Assembly (NCBI GenBank): GCA_049472315.1
Contig: JBLIRN010000017.1
Span: forward strand, 1 to 64,000
DNA: 64,000 nt
Reading direction: 5' to 3'
Origin: a bacterium
GTDB lineage: Bacteria; SZUA-182; DTGQ01; JAFGSM01
A model generated the notes under the pieces. The model made no database searches and was not told the origin of the DNA. It was given only the letters and a program-made list of their open reading frames with translations. The position numbers and the translations under genes are program-made. Positions 1 to 9,422 of the stretch are shown here, one piece after another. The number at the start of each line of letters is the position of its first letter. Position 1 is the first letter of the stretch.

Positions 1-505
1 CCGCCTGCATGTATGCGGCGTCTCGATCAACCGATGCCGGGAGCACGGTCCCCATGCCCTTGAGTGCCTCGCTGTCGTATGGCTCGAGCGCCAGCACCTC
101 CGTTCTGACACTCAGGGAATTGAATGTGCCGGCAAAATCCGGACAGGCCTGGAAGGAATAGTACCATGTCTTGCCGATGGTATCGTTTTCCCCTTTTGTG
201 GTGTATGAGAGGTAGAGCATTCCCTTGAAATACCAGAAGGGCTTATACACGGTGCTGATCCGGTCTACGGAGAAGACCCCGGGCATGCCTCCCCCCCTGC
301 CCATCAGGGCCTTTCGTATAATGCACTGTATCTCGTGGTTGCTCGGTGTGCGGGGCTGGATAATGTATTTGAGGATGTTCCCTTCCTGCTTGATGCGCAG
401 CACGGAACCGCAAAAGGTGCACGAAAAGGCATAGGCACCCTCAGGGAAACGGATGGGACCGCCGCATTCGGGGCATTTCACGGTGACGACGAACGGAGAG
501 CGCAT
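1..505 (-). CDS. Zinc-ribbon protein (YdjG-like partner of SPFH protein); runs off the left edge of the window
   Basis: Manual translation (not in ORF track): MRSPFVVTVKCPECGGPIRFPEGAYAFSCTFCGSVLRIK...YKPFWYF; CxxC-x15-CxxC; starts 17 bp after the stop of the SPFH gene. Confidence 0.7.
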   Translation of the reverse strand, partial: MRSPFVVTVKCPECGGPIRFPEGAYAFSCTFCGSVLRIKQEGNILKYIIQPRTPSNHEIQCIIRKALMGRGGGMPGVFSVDRISTVYKPFWYFKGMLYLSYTTKGENDTIGKTWYYSFQACPDFAGTFNSLSVRTEVLALEPYDSEALKGMGTVLPASVDRDAAYMQA

Positions 506-522
506 GCATCATCACTCGCGGT

Positions 523-1635
523 TTATTCGATCTTCTGCCCGCAGTTTGGGCAGAATTTCGTACCCGGAGGCAGATCAAGGTTGCAGGTGGCGCATCGTGT
601 CTTCGTCTTCAGGTTTTGTCCGCAGTTCATACAGAATTTGGCATGCACCGGCACGACCTTCGAGCAGTTGGGGCACACGCTGGAGCGCACCATCTGATGG
701 CCGCACCGGTAGCAGAAACGGCTGTTTTCAGGGGTGTATGCCAGGCATTCGGGGCACTGGACCGTGGGGATTGAACCGCCGGCAAGGTCCTGCTGCTCGG
801 ATGAGAACGCCTTGCTCATGTACCCCGGCATCAGCATGCCCACCCCGAGGCCGATGCCCGCTCCGGCGCCTGCCGTGCCTGCACCGCCCTGGGCGTCCAT
901 GGATTTTGCCAGCTTGAATTTAAGGAACTGGTCCAGGTTTTTCACCGCACCCATGCCGCTTCGCTCGTCGATCATCCGCTGCACCTCTTCAGGAGGGGTC
1001 ATGGAGGTGATATAGAAATCGAGAAGCTCGATCCCATATTTACCGAATTCCTCCAGCAGCCTTTGCTTCAATTCAGTGCCGAGTTCCTCGTAGTGCTTGG
1101 GGAGATCCAGGATGGTCTTCAGTTTTTCCCCCATGAGGTCGTTCAGCCTGCATACGATGATATTTCGCAGGTACTCCTCGATCTGGGAGGTGGTGTAGGT
1201 TGCCTCCCTGCCAACGAGCTGATTGATGAAGAGGAGGGGTTCGGTGATGCGGCAGCTGTATACCCCGTATCCGCGCAGGCGGATCAGCCCGAGTTCACTG
1301 TCACGGAAAGCGACCGGTTCCCGCGTTCCCCACTTCAGGTCGATAAAGGTTTTGTGGTTGATGAAATAGACCTCTGCCTTGAATATGCTCTCGAATCCCC
1401 AGGGGGCGCTGAAGAGCTTTGTGATGATGGGCAGGTTGAAGGTGGAAAGGGTATGACGCCCCGGGCCGAAGGAATCGCATGCCTTGCCGTCCCGGTAGAA
1501 CACGGCGGACTGGGTCTCCCTCACCACGAGTTGCGCCCCCAGTTTGATATCCGCTGATCCGGCCTCTGGATATCGATAGATCATCTCGGTGGGGGATGGA
1601 TCGGGCCATTCTATAACCTCCATCATTATAGCCAT
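523..1635 (-). CDS. SPFH/band-7 domain protein with C-terminal double zinc ribbons (YdjI-like)
   Basis: QLVVRETQSAVFYRDGK..FGPGRHTLST.N.P and KWGT.EP...RD motifs; six CxxC pairs at the C-terminus. Confidence 0.88.
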   Translation of the reverse strand: MAIMMEVIEWPDPSPTEMIYRYPEAGSADIKLGAQLVVRETQSAVFYRDGKACDSFGPGRHTLSTFNLPIITKLFSAPWGFESIFKAEVYFINHKTFIDLKWGTREPVAFRDSELGLIRLRGYGVYSCRITEPLLFINQLVGREATYTTSQIEEYLRNIIVCRLNDLMGEKLKTILDLPKHYEELGTELKQRLLEEFGKYGIELLDFYITSMTPPEEVQRMIDERSGMGAVKNLDQFLKFKLAKSMDAQGGAGTAGAGAGIGLGVGMLMPGYMSKAFSSEQQDLAGGSIPTVQCPECLAYTPENSRFCYRCGHQMVRSSVCPNCSKVVPVHAKFCMNCGQNLKTKTRCATCNLDLPPGTKFCPNCGQKIE

Positions 1636-1920
1636 GGTATGCGTCTCCTTGTTTGTGTTTCAAGGCATTCAATATAGTATGGTAAGGTCGATACTTATTG
1701 TTCGGATGATTTGGCCTTTACATTCAAGAATTTCATACAAGGATTTCCTTTGCCTGCCGCATGTCATCGATCAATCGCGAGCAATAACGGGCACTCCATT
1801 TCCACCAAGGACCGTAATGAATAGACTCTATAGCAGGTCTATGTAATTTTGAGGGACTCTTTATCGCTAACCATGGGGGGGACGCAACGTTCGAGCATGG
1901 CCCCCTTCATATCGTTCTCT

Positions 1921-1948
1921 TTGATTTTTATTGCCATCATGGTACAAT
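1921..1948 (+). promoter_or_regulatory. Putative sigma70 promoter upstream of the PPYN tandem array
   Basis: TTGATT-16nt-TACAAT with extended -10 TG (TGgTACAAT). Confidence 0.45.
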
Positions 1949-2250
1949 ATAAACAAAATATCATATGAGAATATTCTTTGTGGTCATCATTTCCATGCGT
2001 TACAGCTATTCCGCATAGTGTAGTTATGCCTTAATGTCACCATAGCATGGTGCATCATCGATAGCAAAAACAAGGTAAGGACCAAAAAGGGGGGTGAGAG
2101 AGAGGTCTTTAGAGTCAGTGTTCTCCTTCCAATAATTCAACTCAATTTTTTGCCTACAAGGAGGGAATAACGACGAGCACAAGGAATGTCTTCAGACCGA
2201 TCCTTTCTATATTTTGGAACGAATGACACCATGTATCAGGAGGTGCTGAG

Positions 2251-2817
2251 ATGCGTGTAAAAAAAGGATTATTCTATTGGATACTCAGTGGCCTGTTGGT
2301 AGGTATGGCCCTCTGTTTGATCGCCTCCCCTGCTGCCCAGGCCCAGAACTGGCAGGCGATTCCGCCGTATAATCTGCTGTGGCCCCTCTGGTCTCCCATG
2401 CTGTCCCCTCCCAATCCCGTGACCGGCGTGCCGACCCCGCTGCTCAGTTCCGTAACCAAGACCACGTTCCTTCCCATAGAGCCCATCTTGCTCTGGGATC
2501 CCGTGCTGCGGGGGTACCCTTACATACTCTATAACATCCCGCAACCCCTGGGCGGGGGGATGGTTTTCTTCGATCAGTACTTCGGGCTCAATCCCTGGCC
2601 GCCGAGCTACCTCATCGATCCCATCACCGGCCTTCCGAATCCCATCACCCTTCCAACGGGGTATGCAACGCTGTCACCAACGCCGCTCGATCCCTTTGCC
2701 GATTTTCTCACGATTGCCAACCTGTATTACCTGGCGGAATTTCCGCCCGGGTTGTTTTCCACCGGGGTCTCGGGCCTGCTGACAACGGCCGAGATATGGG
2801 GCCTGCCGCCCCTTTAA
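2251..2817 (+). CDS. Secreted Pro/aromatic-rich protein, PPYNLLWPLWSP family, copy A
   Basis: RBS AGGAGG; signal peptide ending AQA|Q; strong similarity to four other copies in the window. Confidence 0.9.
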   Translation: MRVKKGLFYWILSGLLVGMALCLIASPAAQAQNWQAIPPYNLLWPLWSPMLSPPNPVTGVPTPLLSSVTKTTFLPIEPILLWDPVLRGYPYILYNIPQPLGGGMVFFDQYFGLNPWPPSYLIDPITGLPNPITLPTGYATLSPTPLDPFADFLTIANLYYLAEFPPGLFSTGVSGLLTTAEIWGLPPL

Positions 2818-2884
2818 CCATATGGACACAAGGAATATCCATTCGAGTTTTGTTTGAGTGTTTGATTGATAAGGAGGATGTGAG

Positions 2885-3451
2885 ATGCATGGAAGGAAAG
2901 AGAACTTAAGCTGCGCAGTGCTCGTCATTGCGCTCTTCATAGCCGTCATGGTGATCGCCTCCGGAACCGCACAGGCACAGTACTGGCAGGCGATTCCACC
3001 GTATAATCTGCTGTGGCCCCTGTGGTCTCCGGCCCTTTCGCCAACAAATCCCCTGACCGGCGTGCCAACCCCGCTGGTAAGCACCCTCACCAGCGGAACG
3101 GTTCTCCCGGCTCAACCCGCCCTTGTGTGGGATCCCGCATACACGTTGCCCTACCTTCTGTACAATGTGCCCGTTGCCTATGGCGGCGGCATGGTATACT
3201 TTGATCCCTATTTCGGGCTCAATCCGTTCCCGCCCCCGTATCTGCTCGATCCCATTACCGGTTCACCCGCTCCCCTGACACTTCCCACGGGATTTGCATC
3301 GCTTTCGCCCACCGCCCTGCAGACCACCAATGTCTTTTATGGAAACCTGCTCTATATATCCGAGTATCCGTATATTGCCCTGGGGGTGCTCAACAAGATC
3401 ACCAATCTCTTGACGCCCGGGGAGATATGGGGATTGACGCCGTTGATTTAG
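2885..3451 (+). CDS. Secreted Pro/aromatic-rich protein, PPYN family, copy B
   Basis: RBS AAGGAGG; signal peptide AQA|QYW; shared family motifs. Confidence 0.9.
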   Translation: MHGRKENLSCAVLVIALFIAVMVIASGTAQAQYWQAIPPYNLLWPLWSPALSPTNPLTGVPTPLVSTLTSGTVLPAQPALVWDPAYTLPYLLYNVPVAYGGGMVYFDPYFGLNPFPPPYLLDPITGSPAPLTLPTGFASLSPTALQTTNVFYGNLLYISEYPYIALGVLNKITNLLTPGEIWGLTPLI

Positions 3452-3485
3452 TGTGAATTATTGTCTTGTTGTAGGAGGTAGGTAC

Positions 3486-4052
3486 ATGCCATTAAAAAGA
3501 CAGATAGTGATAAAATGGGGGACGGGGCTGTTGCTCCTTATCGCCGTGCTCTTGATCGCTTTGCCTGCAGTGCAGGCGCAAAACTGGGCCCCGATACCTC
3601 CCTATAACCTGCTGTGGCCCCTGTGGTCTCCTGTGCTCTCTCCGCCGGATGCCGTAACCGGCATACCGATACCGCTGCTCAGCTCGCTCAACAGCCAGAC
3701 ACTGCTCCCCGTGCAGCCGGTGCTTTTGTGGGACCCTGTTTTAAGGGATTTTCCGTACATGCTGTACAACATTCCTCAACCCCTGGGCGGTGGAATGGTC
3801 TTTTTTGATCAGTATTACGGACTCAATCCCTGGCCGCCTTCGTATCTGACCGATCCTGTTACCGGATCTCCTGTTCCCATTACTCTGCCTACGGGATTTG
3901 CCGCGCTTTCCCCTACACCCCTCGATCCCTTTGCCGACTATGTGACCCTGGCCAACCTGTATTTTCTTTCAGAATATCCGGCGGTTTTGTTTCCCACATC
4001 CATCTCGCGACTGCTGACAACGGCCGAACTCTGGGGGCTTCCTCCCCTGTAA
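3486..4052 (+). CDS. Secreted Pro/aromatic-rich protein, PPYN family, copy A'
   Basis: ATG at 3486 after AGGAGG (ORF track starts at 3453); VQA|QNW; closest to copy A. Confidence 0.9.
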   Translation: MPLKRQIVIKWGTGLLLLIAVLLIALPAVQAQNWAPIPPYNLLWPLWSPVLSPPDAVTGIPIPLLSSLNSQTLLPVQPVLLWDPVLRDFPYMLYNIPQPLGGGMVFFDQYYGLNPWPPSYLTDPVTGSPVPITLPTGFAALSPTPLDPFADYVTLANLYFLSEYPAVLFPTSISRLLTTAELWGLPPL

Positions 4053-4163
4053 GGCCGCTCACAGGATAAAGGGATAATGAGTGAATGCAGTCAATGATGC
4101 TCGACAACGATGTGAGAACAATACAACGATGTATTATCGCTTTGGTAATAAGGAGGATTTGAC

Positions 4164-4772
4164 ATGAATGGGACGAAAAGATCATTGGTAAGGGCGGCAA
4201 CGGCCATCGCCCTTTGTATGTTCGTGGCATTCATCTGCGCCGGACGGGTTGGCGCGGTGCCCTTGACCACGCTCGTCGGCGGTGGTGGGGTCATCGGGAC
4301 CACGAACTGGACACAATTGCCCCCCTACAATCTCCTGTGGCCGCTGTGGTCTCCGGTTCTTTCCCCTGTGGATCCGATTACCGGACTGCCCACTCCTATT
4401 GTTTCAAGCGTAAGCAACAACACCATTCTGCCGGTTCAGCCGGCCCTGTTTTGGGACCCTGCCAGGCAGTTCCCCTTTTTGCTTTACAACATCCCTGAGA
4501 TCTGGGGGGGAGGGCTCAGCTTTTTCGACGCATACTATGGTCTCAACCCATGGCCGCCGTCGTATCTCGTTGATCCGGTTACCGGCCTGCCTGCTCCCAT
4601 CAGCCCTGCGGCCGGTTTTGCCACGCTGTCGCCCACGACCATTCTCCCCGGATTCATATTTGCCGGGAACCTGCTGTACAGCGAGCAATACGGCATTCCT
4701 GTAACCTCCCTGCTTACCGCCGGGGATATCTGGGGCCTGTCTCCCCTGGCCGGACTGTTGCCGGTGATATAA
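4164..4772 (+). CDS. Secreted Pro/aromatic-rich protein, PPYN family, copy B'
   Basis: RBS GAGGAGG; signal peptide VGA|V, short Gly linker, then family motif. Confidence 0.9.
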   Translation: MNGTKRSLVRAATAIALCMFVAFICAGRVGAVPLTTLVGGGGVIGTTNWTQLPPYNLLWPLWSPVLSPVDPITGLPTPIVSSVSNNTILPVQPALFWDPARQFPFLLYNIPEIWGGGLSFFDAYYGLNPWPPSYLVDPVTGLPAPISPAAGFATLSPTTILPGFIFAGNLLYSEQYGIPVTSLLTAGDIWGLSPLAGLLPVI

Positions 4773-4780
4773 AAAACCTC

Positions 4781-4810
4781 GAGGGGGTGATGTCGTTTTA
4801 TCACCCCCTC
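4781..4810. terminator. GC-rich hairpin after the PPYN array (possible terminator or 3' stabiliser)
   Basis: GAGGGGGTGAT-8nt-ATCACCCCCTC, 11-bp perfect stem; a U-tract follows only on the minus strand. Confidence 0.5.
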
Positions 4811-4822
4811 CAAAAAACCTCG

Positions 4823-4960
4823 TCAGGCGCAGTGAAGCGGAGCTACTAAGTGTGGCATTACAATCACCTTTACCCGTAAGGCTCGCCTCGGGCCCAAAAA
4901 TGAAGCGAGCCTTCAGGCTTTTAAGAAAAAGCCATTTTATAGTGGCTTCGCTTCGCCTGA
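4823..4960. repeat. REP/MITE-like nested palindromic element
   Basis: Imperfect terminal inverted repeats TCAGGCGCAGTGAAGCGGAGCTACTA / TAGTGGCTTCGCTTCGCCTGA and internal hairpin AAGGCTCGC...GCGAGCCTT. Confidence 0.45.
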
Positions 4961-5328
4961 TTGATTTATGGGATTAATTTTAGGGGCGTGATGAGAAAGA
5001 CATTGTTTTTTTTTGTTGTTATTATATATAATATAGTATTAATACAGATCATCGGTATATGAGTTATTATCGTATAGTATTAATGAGTTTCATGCCTTAT
5101 AATCTTTTGATAATGGACTGATTAACATAATCTCAATCCTTGATAAAAGGGAAACGATTAATCGTTATTAGTTGTTCATCCATTTCCTCAATCCTCTGGT
5201 TTCGTCATATTAGGTCCATTATTATTTCCTTATATTACAAAATTTAATATATTCCATTTTTTGTTAGTATGCCTTTGTCTGATAGGCTAAATATAAATTT
5301 AAGGATATTTAATATCGTTATTAACAAA

Positions 5329-5712
5329 ATGGATCTTCGAACAAACCTGACGGTCGTGATAGTGACAACCATAATGCCTTTCTTGATTATGCATTGTGGG
5401 TTGTTTGATTGTGAATCCCTTGCCTGCTCATCGAATACCTCTATACATTCGTCAATAATATCCGGAGAAGGATTTCCATCCTCATCGAGCAATATGTCTG
5501 AAAACGATATAAATCACTGGAACGATGAAGGGATAAAGGCGGATATCGATAGGTGGATTGAAGAGAATGGGCTTAATAAATATGGTGATCCCAAGGATAC
5601 AGTGTACACGGGGGGCACCCCCCTCTTTGATGAGACCACAGGAAAGAGTATGGACAGGTACCATTATATATTAAAAAGGCATCCTGAATTGCTGAAAGAA
5701 ATTGAAAAATAA
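5329..5712 (+). CDS. Small exported hypothetical protein with GLNxYGDPxDTxYxGGTPLFDExTG motif (start uncertain)
   Basis: Hydrophobic N-terminus, Ser-rich linker, compact C-terminal domain IDRWIEENGLNKYGDPKDTVYTGGTPLFDETTGKSMDRYHYILKRHPEL. Confidence 0.65.
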   Translation: MDLRTNLTVVIVTTIMPFLIMHCGLFDCESLACSSNTSIHSSIISGEGFPSSSSNMSENDINHWNDEGIKADIDRWIEENGLNKYGDPKDTVYTGGTPLFDETTGKSMDRYHYILKRHPELLKEIEK

Positions 5713-6026
5713 TGAAAATCTGGAACCTGATACATAGCATTGCAGGGAGCGTAGCGATGAAGCAATTTAATAAATACAAGTACATATGGTACGCATGATT
5801 GCTTCGAATCCCCCCGCGCCTCGCTCGGGGCTTTGGCTCAATGCAATGGCATTTTGGGGACTTTTTTCAAATAGAGCAATGATTAACTCTCAAAAGAAAA
5901 GATGGGAGGTGAAAAAGAAAAGGTTTGAAAAAGGGACAATTAATTTAAATCAAGTATCTTTATATCTTAGAGAATATTGAACTCGTAAAGAAGCCATTTA
6001 TTCTCTAACAAAAGGAGGAAATAAGA

Positions 6027-8498
6027 ATGCATCGATCAAAATTGTGTATTCTTATTGTGGTCCTGATAGTCACGTTCGGTATGACGACTGCTGCCACGGC
6101 AGAGTTTGGGGTATTTGGCAATCCTTCCCATGAGGCCCGTCCGAAATTTGTTCCTGATGAAATTCTGGTTAAGTTAAGACCCGGCGGGGATGTCTCTTCA
6201 TTTAAAAAGGTCCATGGATTAGCCCACATAAAGAAGAGTAAGCACATTCAGAACGTCCATACTTTTCGTATTCCCAAAGGTTGGACAGTAAATGGTATGG
6301 TTGAGAAATTGAAGGGCAATCCCAATATTGAATACGTGCAGCCCGTTCATTACGTTTATGCTGACTTGAATCCAACTGACCCCTATCTTGATCCCTATCA
6401 GTGGCACATCAGCAGGATCAATTGTGAAGGTGCCTGGGATCATTCTACCGGGAATGGTGTCATTGTGGCCATCATAGACACGGGCGTCGATCACCGTCAT
6501 CCTGACCTTGCGGGTACCAGTTTTACCGCGGGCTGGGACTTCGTAGGTAACAAACCATACACCTACGATACCCGGCATCCCCACGGCACCCATGTTGCCG
6601 GTACGGTAGCCCAGACAACAAATAACGGTATAGGATGTGCTGGCGTGGCACCTGGTGCGGCCATTATGCCTATTAGGGTTCTTGATAACAATGGTAGCGG
6701 AACAGATATAGATGTCGCTGATGGCATCACATTCGCTGCAAACAATGGCGCAAAGGTGCTTAACTTGAGTCTTGGCGGTCCCCAGTATTCGTCTGTATTG
6801 GAGGGTGCCTGTAATTATGCTTATGGCATGGGCTGTGTGATAGTCTGTGCCGCAGGAAACGAGGGTACGTATGCTCCTCATTATCCTGCTGCCTACGATG
6901 TCTGCATTTCTGTCAGTGCAACCAATTACCTCGATAATCTTGCCAGCTATTCAAACTATGGCAGCACGATCGACATTGCTGCCCCTGGTGGAGATGTAGG
7001 TGATCAGAACGGGGATGGTTATCAAGATTACGCCCTCCAAGGTGCTTTTGAGGATTCTTGGTCCAGGAGAAGCATTGTGAGGAGCTATGGTTATTACTTT
7101 ATGCTCGGCACATCCATGGCTTCGCCCCATGTGGCCGGCGTTGCTGCACTCGTATGGTCTGTGAATCCAAACTTCACAAATGACGATATTCGATGCGCCC
7201 TTGAATTAACCGCTACCGACCTCGGTGATCCGGGGTGGGATGAGTACTTTGGACATGGATTAGTGGATGCTCTTGCTGCCCTGGAGTCTGGCGGTTGTGA
7301 TGGGCCCTGTTCTGATACTGATAGTGATGGGATTTGTGATGATGAAGACAACTGCCCAAATGAGGCCAATGAAGATCAGGCTGATGCCGATGAAGATGGA
7401 GCAGGCGATGTGTGTGACGGCTGTCCAGATGATCCGGACAAGACAGAGCCGGGCGTCTGTGGCTGCGGTGTAGCCGATACGGATAGTGATGAGGATGGTA
7501 CGGCGGACTGCATCGATGGTTGTCCGAATGATCCGGCCAAGACAGAGCCGGGCATCTGTGGCTGCGGGGCAGCCGATACGGATAGTGATGGGGATGGCAC
7601 GGCAGACTGCATCGATGGTTGTCCGAACGATCCGGCCAAGACAGAGCCGGGCATCTGTGGCTGCGGGGTAGTTGATACGGATACGGATAGTGATGGGGAT
7701 GGCATATTAGACTGCATCGATGGTTGTCCGGATGATCCAGGCAAGACAGGGCCGGGCATCTGTGGCTGCGGGGTAGTTGATACGAATACGGATAGTGATG
7801 GTGACGGTACGGCAGACTGCATCGATGGTTGTCCGGAAGATCCGGGCAAGACAGATCTGGGTGACTGTGGCTGCGGTATAGCCGATACGGATAGTGATGG
7901 TGACGGTACGGCAGACTGCATCGATGGTTGTCCGGATGATCCAGGCAAGAAAGAACCAGGTGTCTGTGGCTGCGGCATGGCCGATACGGATAGTGATGGG
8001 GACGGCACATTAGACTGCAACGATGGCTGTCCAAGCGATCCCGATAAGACAGCACCCGGTGTCTGTGGCTGCGGTATGGCAGATATAGATACCGATGGAG
8101 ATGGGCCGTTAGACTGCAATGATGGCTGTCCAAGCGATCCCGATAAGACAGCACCCGGTGTCTGTGGTTGCGGCATGGCAGATATAGATACCGATGGGGA
8201 TGGGGCGTTGGACTGCAAAGATGGCTGTCCAAGCGATCCTGGTAAGACAGCACCCGGTGTCTGTGGTTGCGGGGTAGCCGATACGGATAGTGATGAGGAT
8301 GGATTCAAGGTCTGTGAAGACTGTGATGATAATAATAATACAGTATACCCTGGGGCTGAAGAGTTCTGCGGAGATGGTACAGACCAGGACTGTGATGGTT
8401 ATGACCCGGCATGTTGCGCTGAGAGTGGGGAATATTGTACTTCAAATGCAGACTGCTGCTCCGGTAAGTGCTACAGATTTTTCAGAAGGTGCAGGTAG
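6027..8498 (+). CDS. Secreted S8 (subtilisin-like) serine protease with prodomain, TSP3-like Cys/Asp repeats, MopE-like metal-binding motif and C-terminal Cys knot
   Basis: Catalytic motifs IIDTG, HGTHVAG, GTSMASPHVAG; oxyanion AAGN; signal peptide; RBS AAAGGAGG. Confidence 0.95.
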   Translation: MHRSKLCILIVVLIVTFGMTTAATAEFGVFGNPSHEARPKFVPDEILVKLRPGGDVSSFKKVHGLAHIKKSKHIQNVHTFRIPKGWTVNGMVEKLKGNPNIEYVQPVHYVYADLNPTDPYLDPYQWHISRINCEGAWDHSTGNGVIVAIIDTGVDHRHPDLAGTSFTAGWDFVGNKPYTYDTRHPHGTHVAGTVAQTTNNGIGCAGVAPGAAIMPIRVLDNNGSGTDIDVADGITFAANNGAKVLNLSLGGPQYSSVLEGACNYAYGMGCVIVCAAGNEGTYAPHYPAAYDVCISVSATNYLDNLASYSNYGSTIDIAAPGGDVGDQNGDGYQDYALQGAFEDSWSRRSIVRSYGYYFMLGTSMASPHVAGVAALVWSVNPNFTNDDIRCALELTATDLGDPGWDEYFGHGLVDALAALESGGCDGPCSDTDSDGICDDEDNCPNEANEDQADADEDGAGDVCDGCPDDPDKTEPGVCGCGVADTDSDEDGTADCIDGCPNDPAKTEPGICGCGAADTDSDGDGTADCIDGCPNDPAKTEPGICGCGVVDTDTDSDGDGILDCIDGCPDDPGKTGPGICGCGVVDTNTDSDGDGTADCIDGCPEDPGKTDLGDCGCGIADTDSDGDGTADCIDGCPDDPGKKEPGVCGCGMADTDSDGDGTLDCNDGCPSDPDKTAPGVCGCGMADIDTDGDGPLDCNDGCPSDPDKTAPGVCGCGMADIDTDGDGALDCKDGCPSDPGKTAPGVCGCGVADTDSDEDGFKVCEDCDDNNNTVYPGAEEFCGDGTDQDCDGYDPACCAESGEYCTSNADCCSGKCYRFFRRCR
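7411..8300 (+). repeat. Nine intragenic tandem repeats (33-35 aa; 99-105 bp), consensus DxDGDGxxDCxDGCPxDPxKTxPGxCGCG
   Basis: Directly visible in protein and DNA. Confidence 0.9.
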
Positions 8499-8642
8499 TA
8501 GACGAAATTCTACTCCGAATAAGGTCTTACAGCCACCGGATATCCCACGGATCTCGGGGGCAAGGTCAAGGATTGCATGGATGGTTGAGATGGCAAGGAG
8601 GGTAATGAACGGGGGAATGGGGATCCACCCTGGGGATCAGGC

Positions 8643-9422
8643 TTAAAGGTCTTCAATCAATCCCTTGAGTTCGTCGTGCTGCATGGGTCGCAGTATATAG
8701 AGGAACTTCTGTACGGCGAGGTCGATCTGTTTTTTCTTCTTGAAGGGCTTCCCCTTCCCGTCGATGAAGACCATAACCTTGGGGCGGAGGATGAGCCCTT
8801 TGTTCACCTTATCCACTCTTCCTATCTCCCGGGTGGAGAGCATTACCCAGCTTCCCTCGGGATAGAGACTCAATTCCTCCAGAAGAATCTTGCTGAGGTG
8901 GGAGGGGAAGAACTTGTCGCTGTGCAGAATGGACAGCAGGGTCTCGGTGGCGACCATGGCATGACGATATGACGGAGGGTGGGTGAGGGCATCGTATACG
9001 TCCGCGAGCCGTATGATCTGATCTATTTCCTCGTCATAGGTGATCCCGGTAAGCAATTCCTCGGGTAATTCCACGTCCTTGCGGGCATGGGTAAGGGCAA
9101 GCAGTCCCAATACCTTGAGCCGGGAGGCATCGTATTCGAGCCTGATTCCTATCCTGATGGCAATGAGGCACACATTCAGCGAGTGGGCGAAGATGTAATC
9201 CTGTTCAAAGATCTTGCTGGTATAGATCAAAAGGGGTTCATTCTCATCCGACAACCGGCAGATAATGAAATCCAGGAGGTTGGAGATGGATCTCTTGACC
9301 ATCTCGTTGTCGGCAGTTCCGGCAAGCCTTCGTATAATCGAAAGACAGCCGACGTAAACGTTTTCAATCTTCCGTGCGCTGTTTTCCGATATGCCCTTTT
9401 TAAGGTATGCCTTTTCCGTCAT
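8643..9422 (-). CDS. Degenerate HD-GYP-family protein
   Basis: FAHSLNV, IIRLADVYDALT..PSYR and LSLYPEGSWVMLST motifs; HD replaced by HA; HHE..G.GYP segment absent. Confidence 0.75.
   Translation of the reverse strand: MTEKAYLKKGISENSARKIENVYVGCLSIIRRLAGTADNEMVKRSISNLLDFIICRLSDENEPLLIYTSKIFEQDYIFAHSLNVCLIAIRIGIRLEYDASRLKVLGLLALTHARKDVELPEELLTGITYDEEIDQIIRLADVYDALTHPPSYRHAMVATETLLSILHSDKFFPSHLSKILLEELSLYPEGSWVMLSTREIGRVDKVNKGLILRPKVMVFIDGKGKPFKKKKQIDLAVQKFLYILRPMQHDELKGLIEDL

Noticed and set aside
7376..8308. Long antisense ORFs (7213-8253, 7376-8308)
   Set aside because: Shadows of the repetitive S8 C-terminus on the opposite strand
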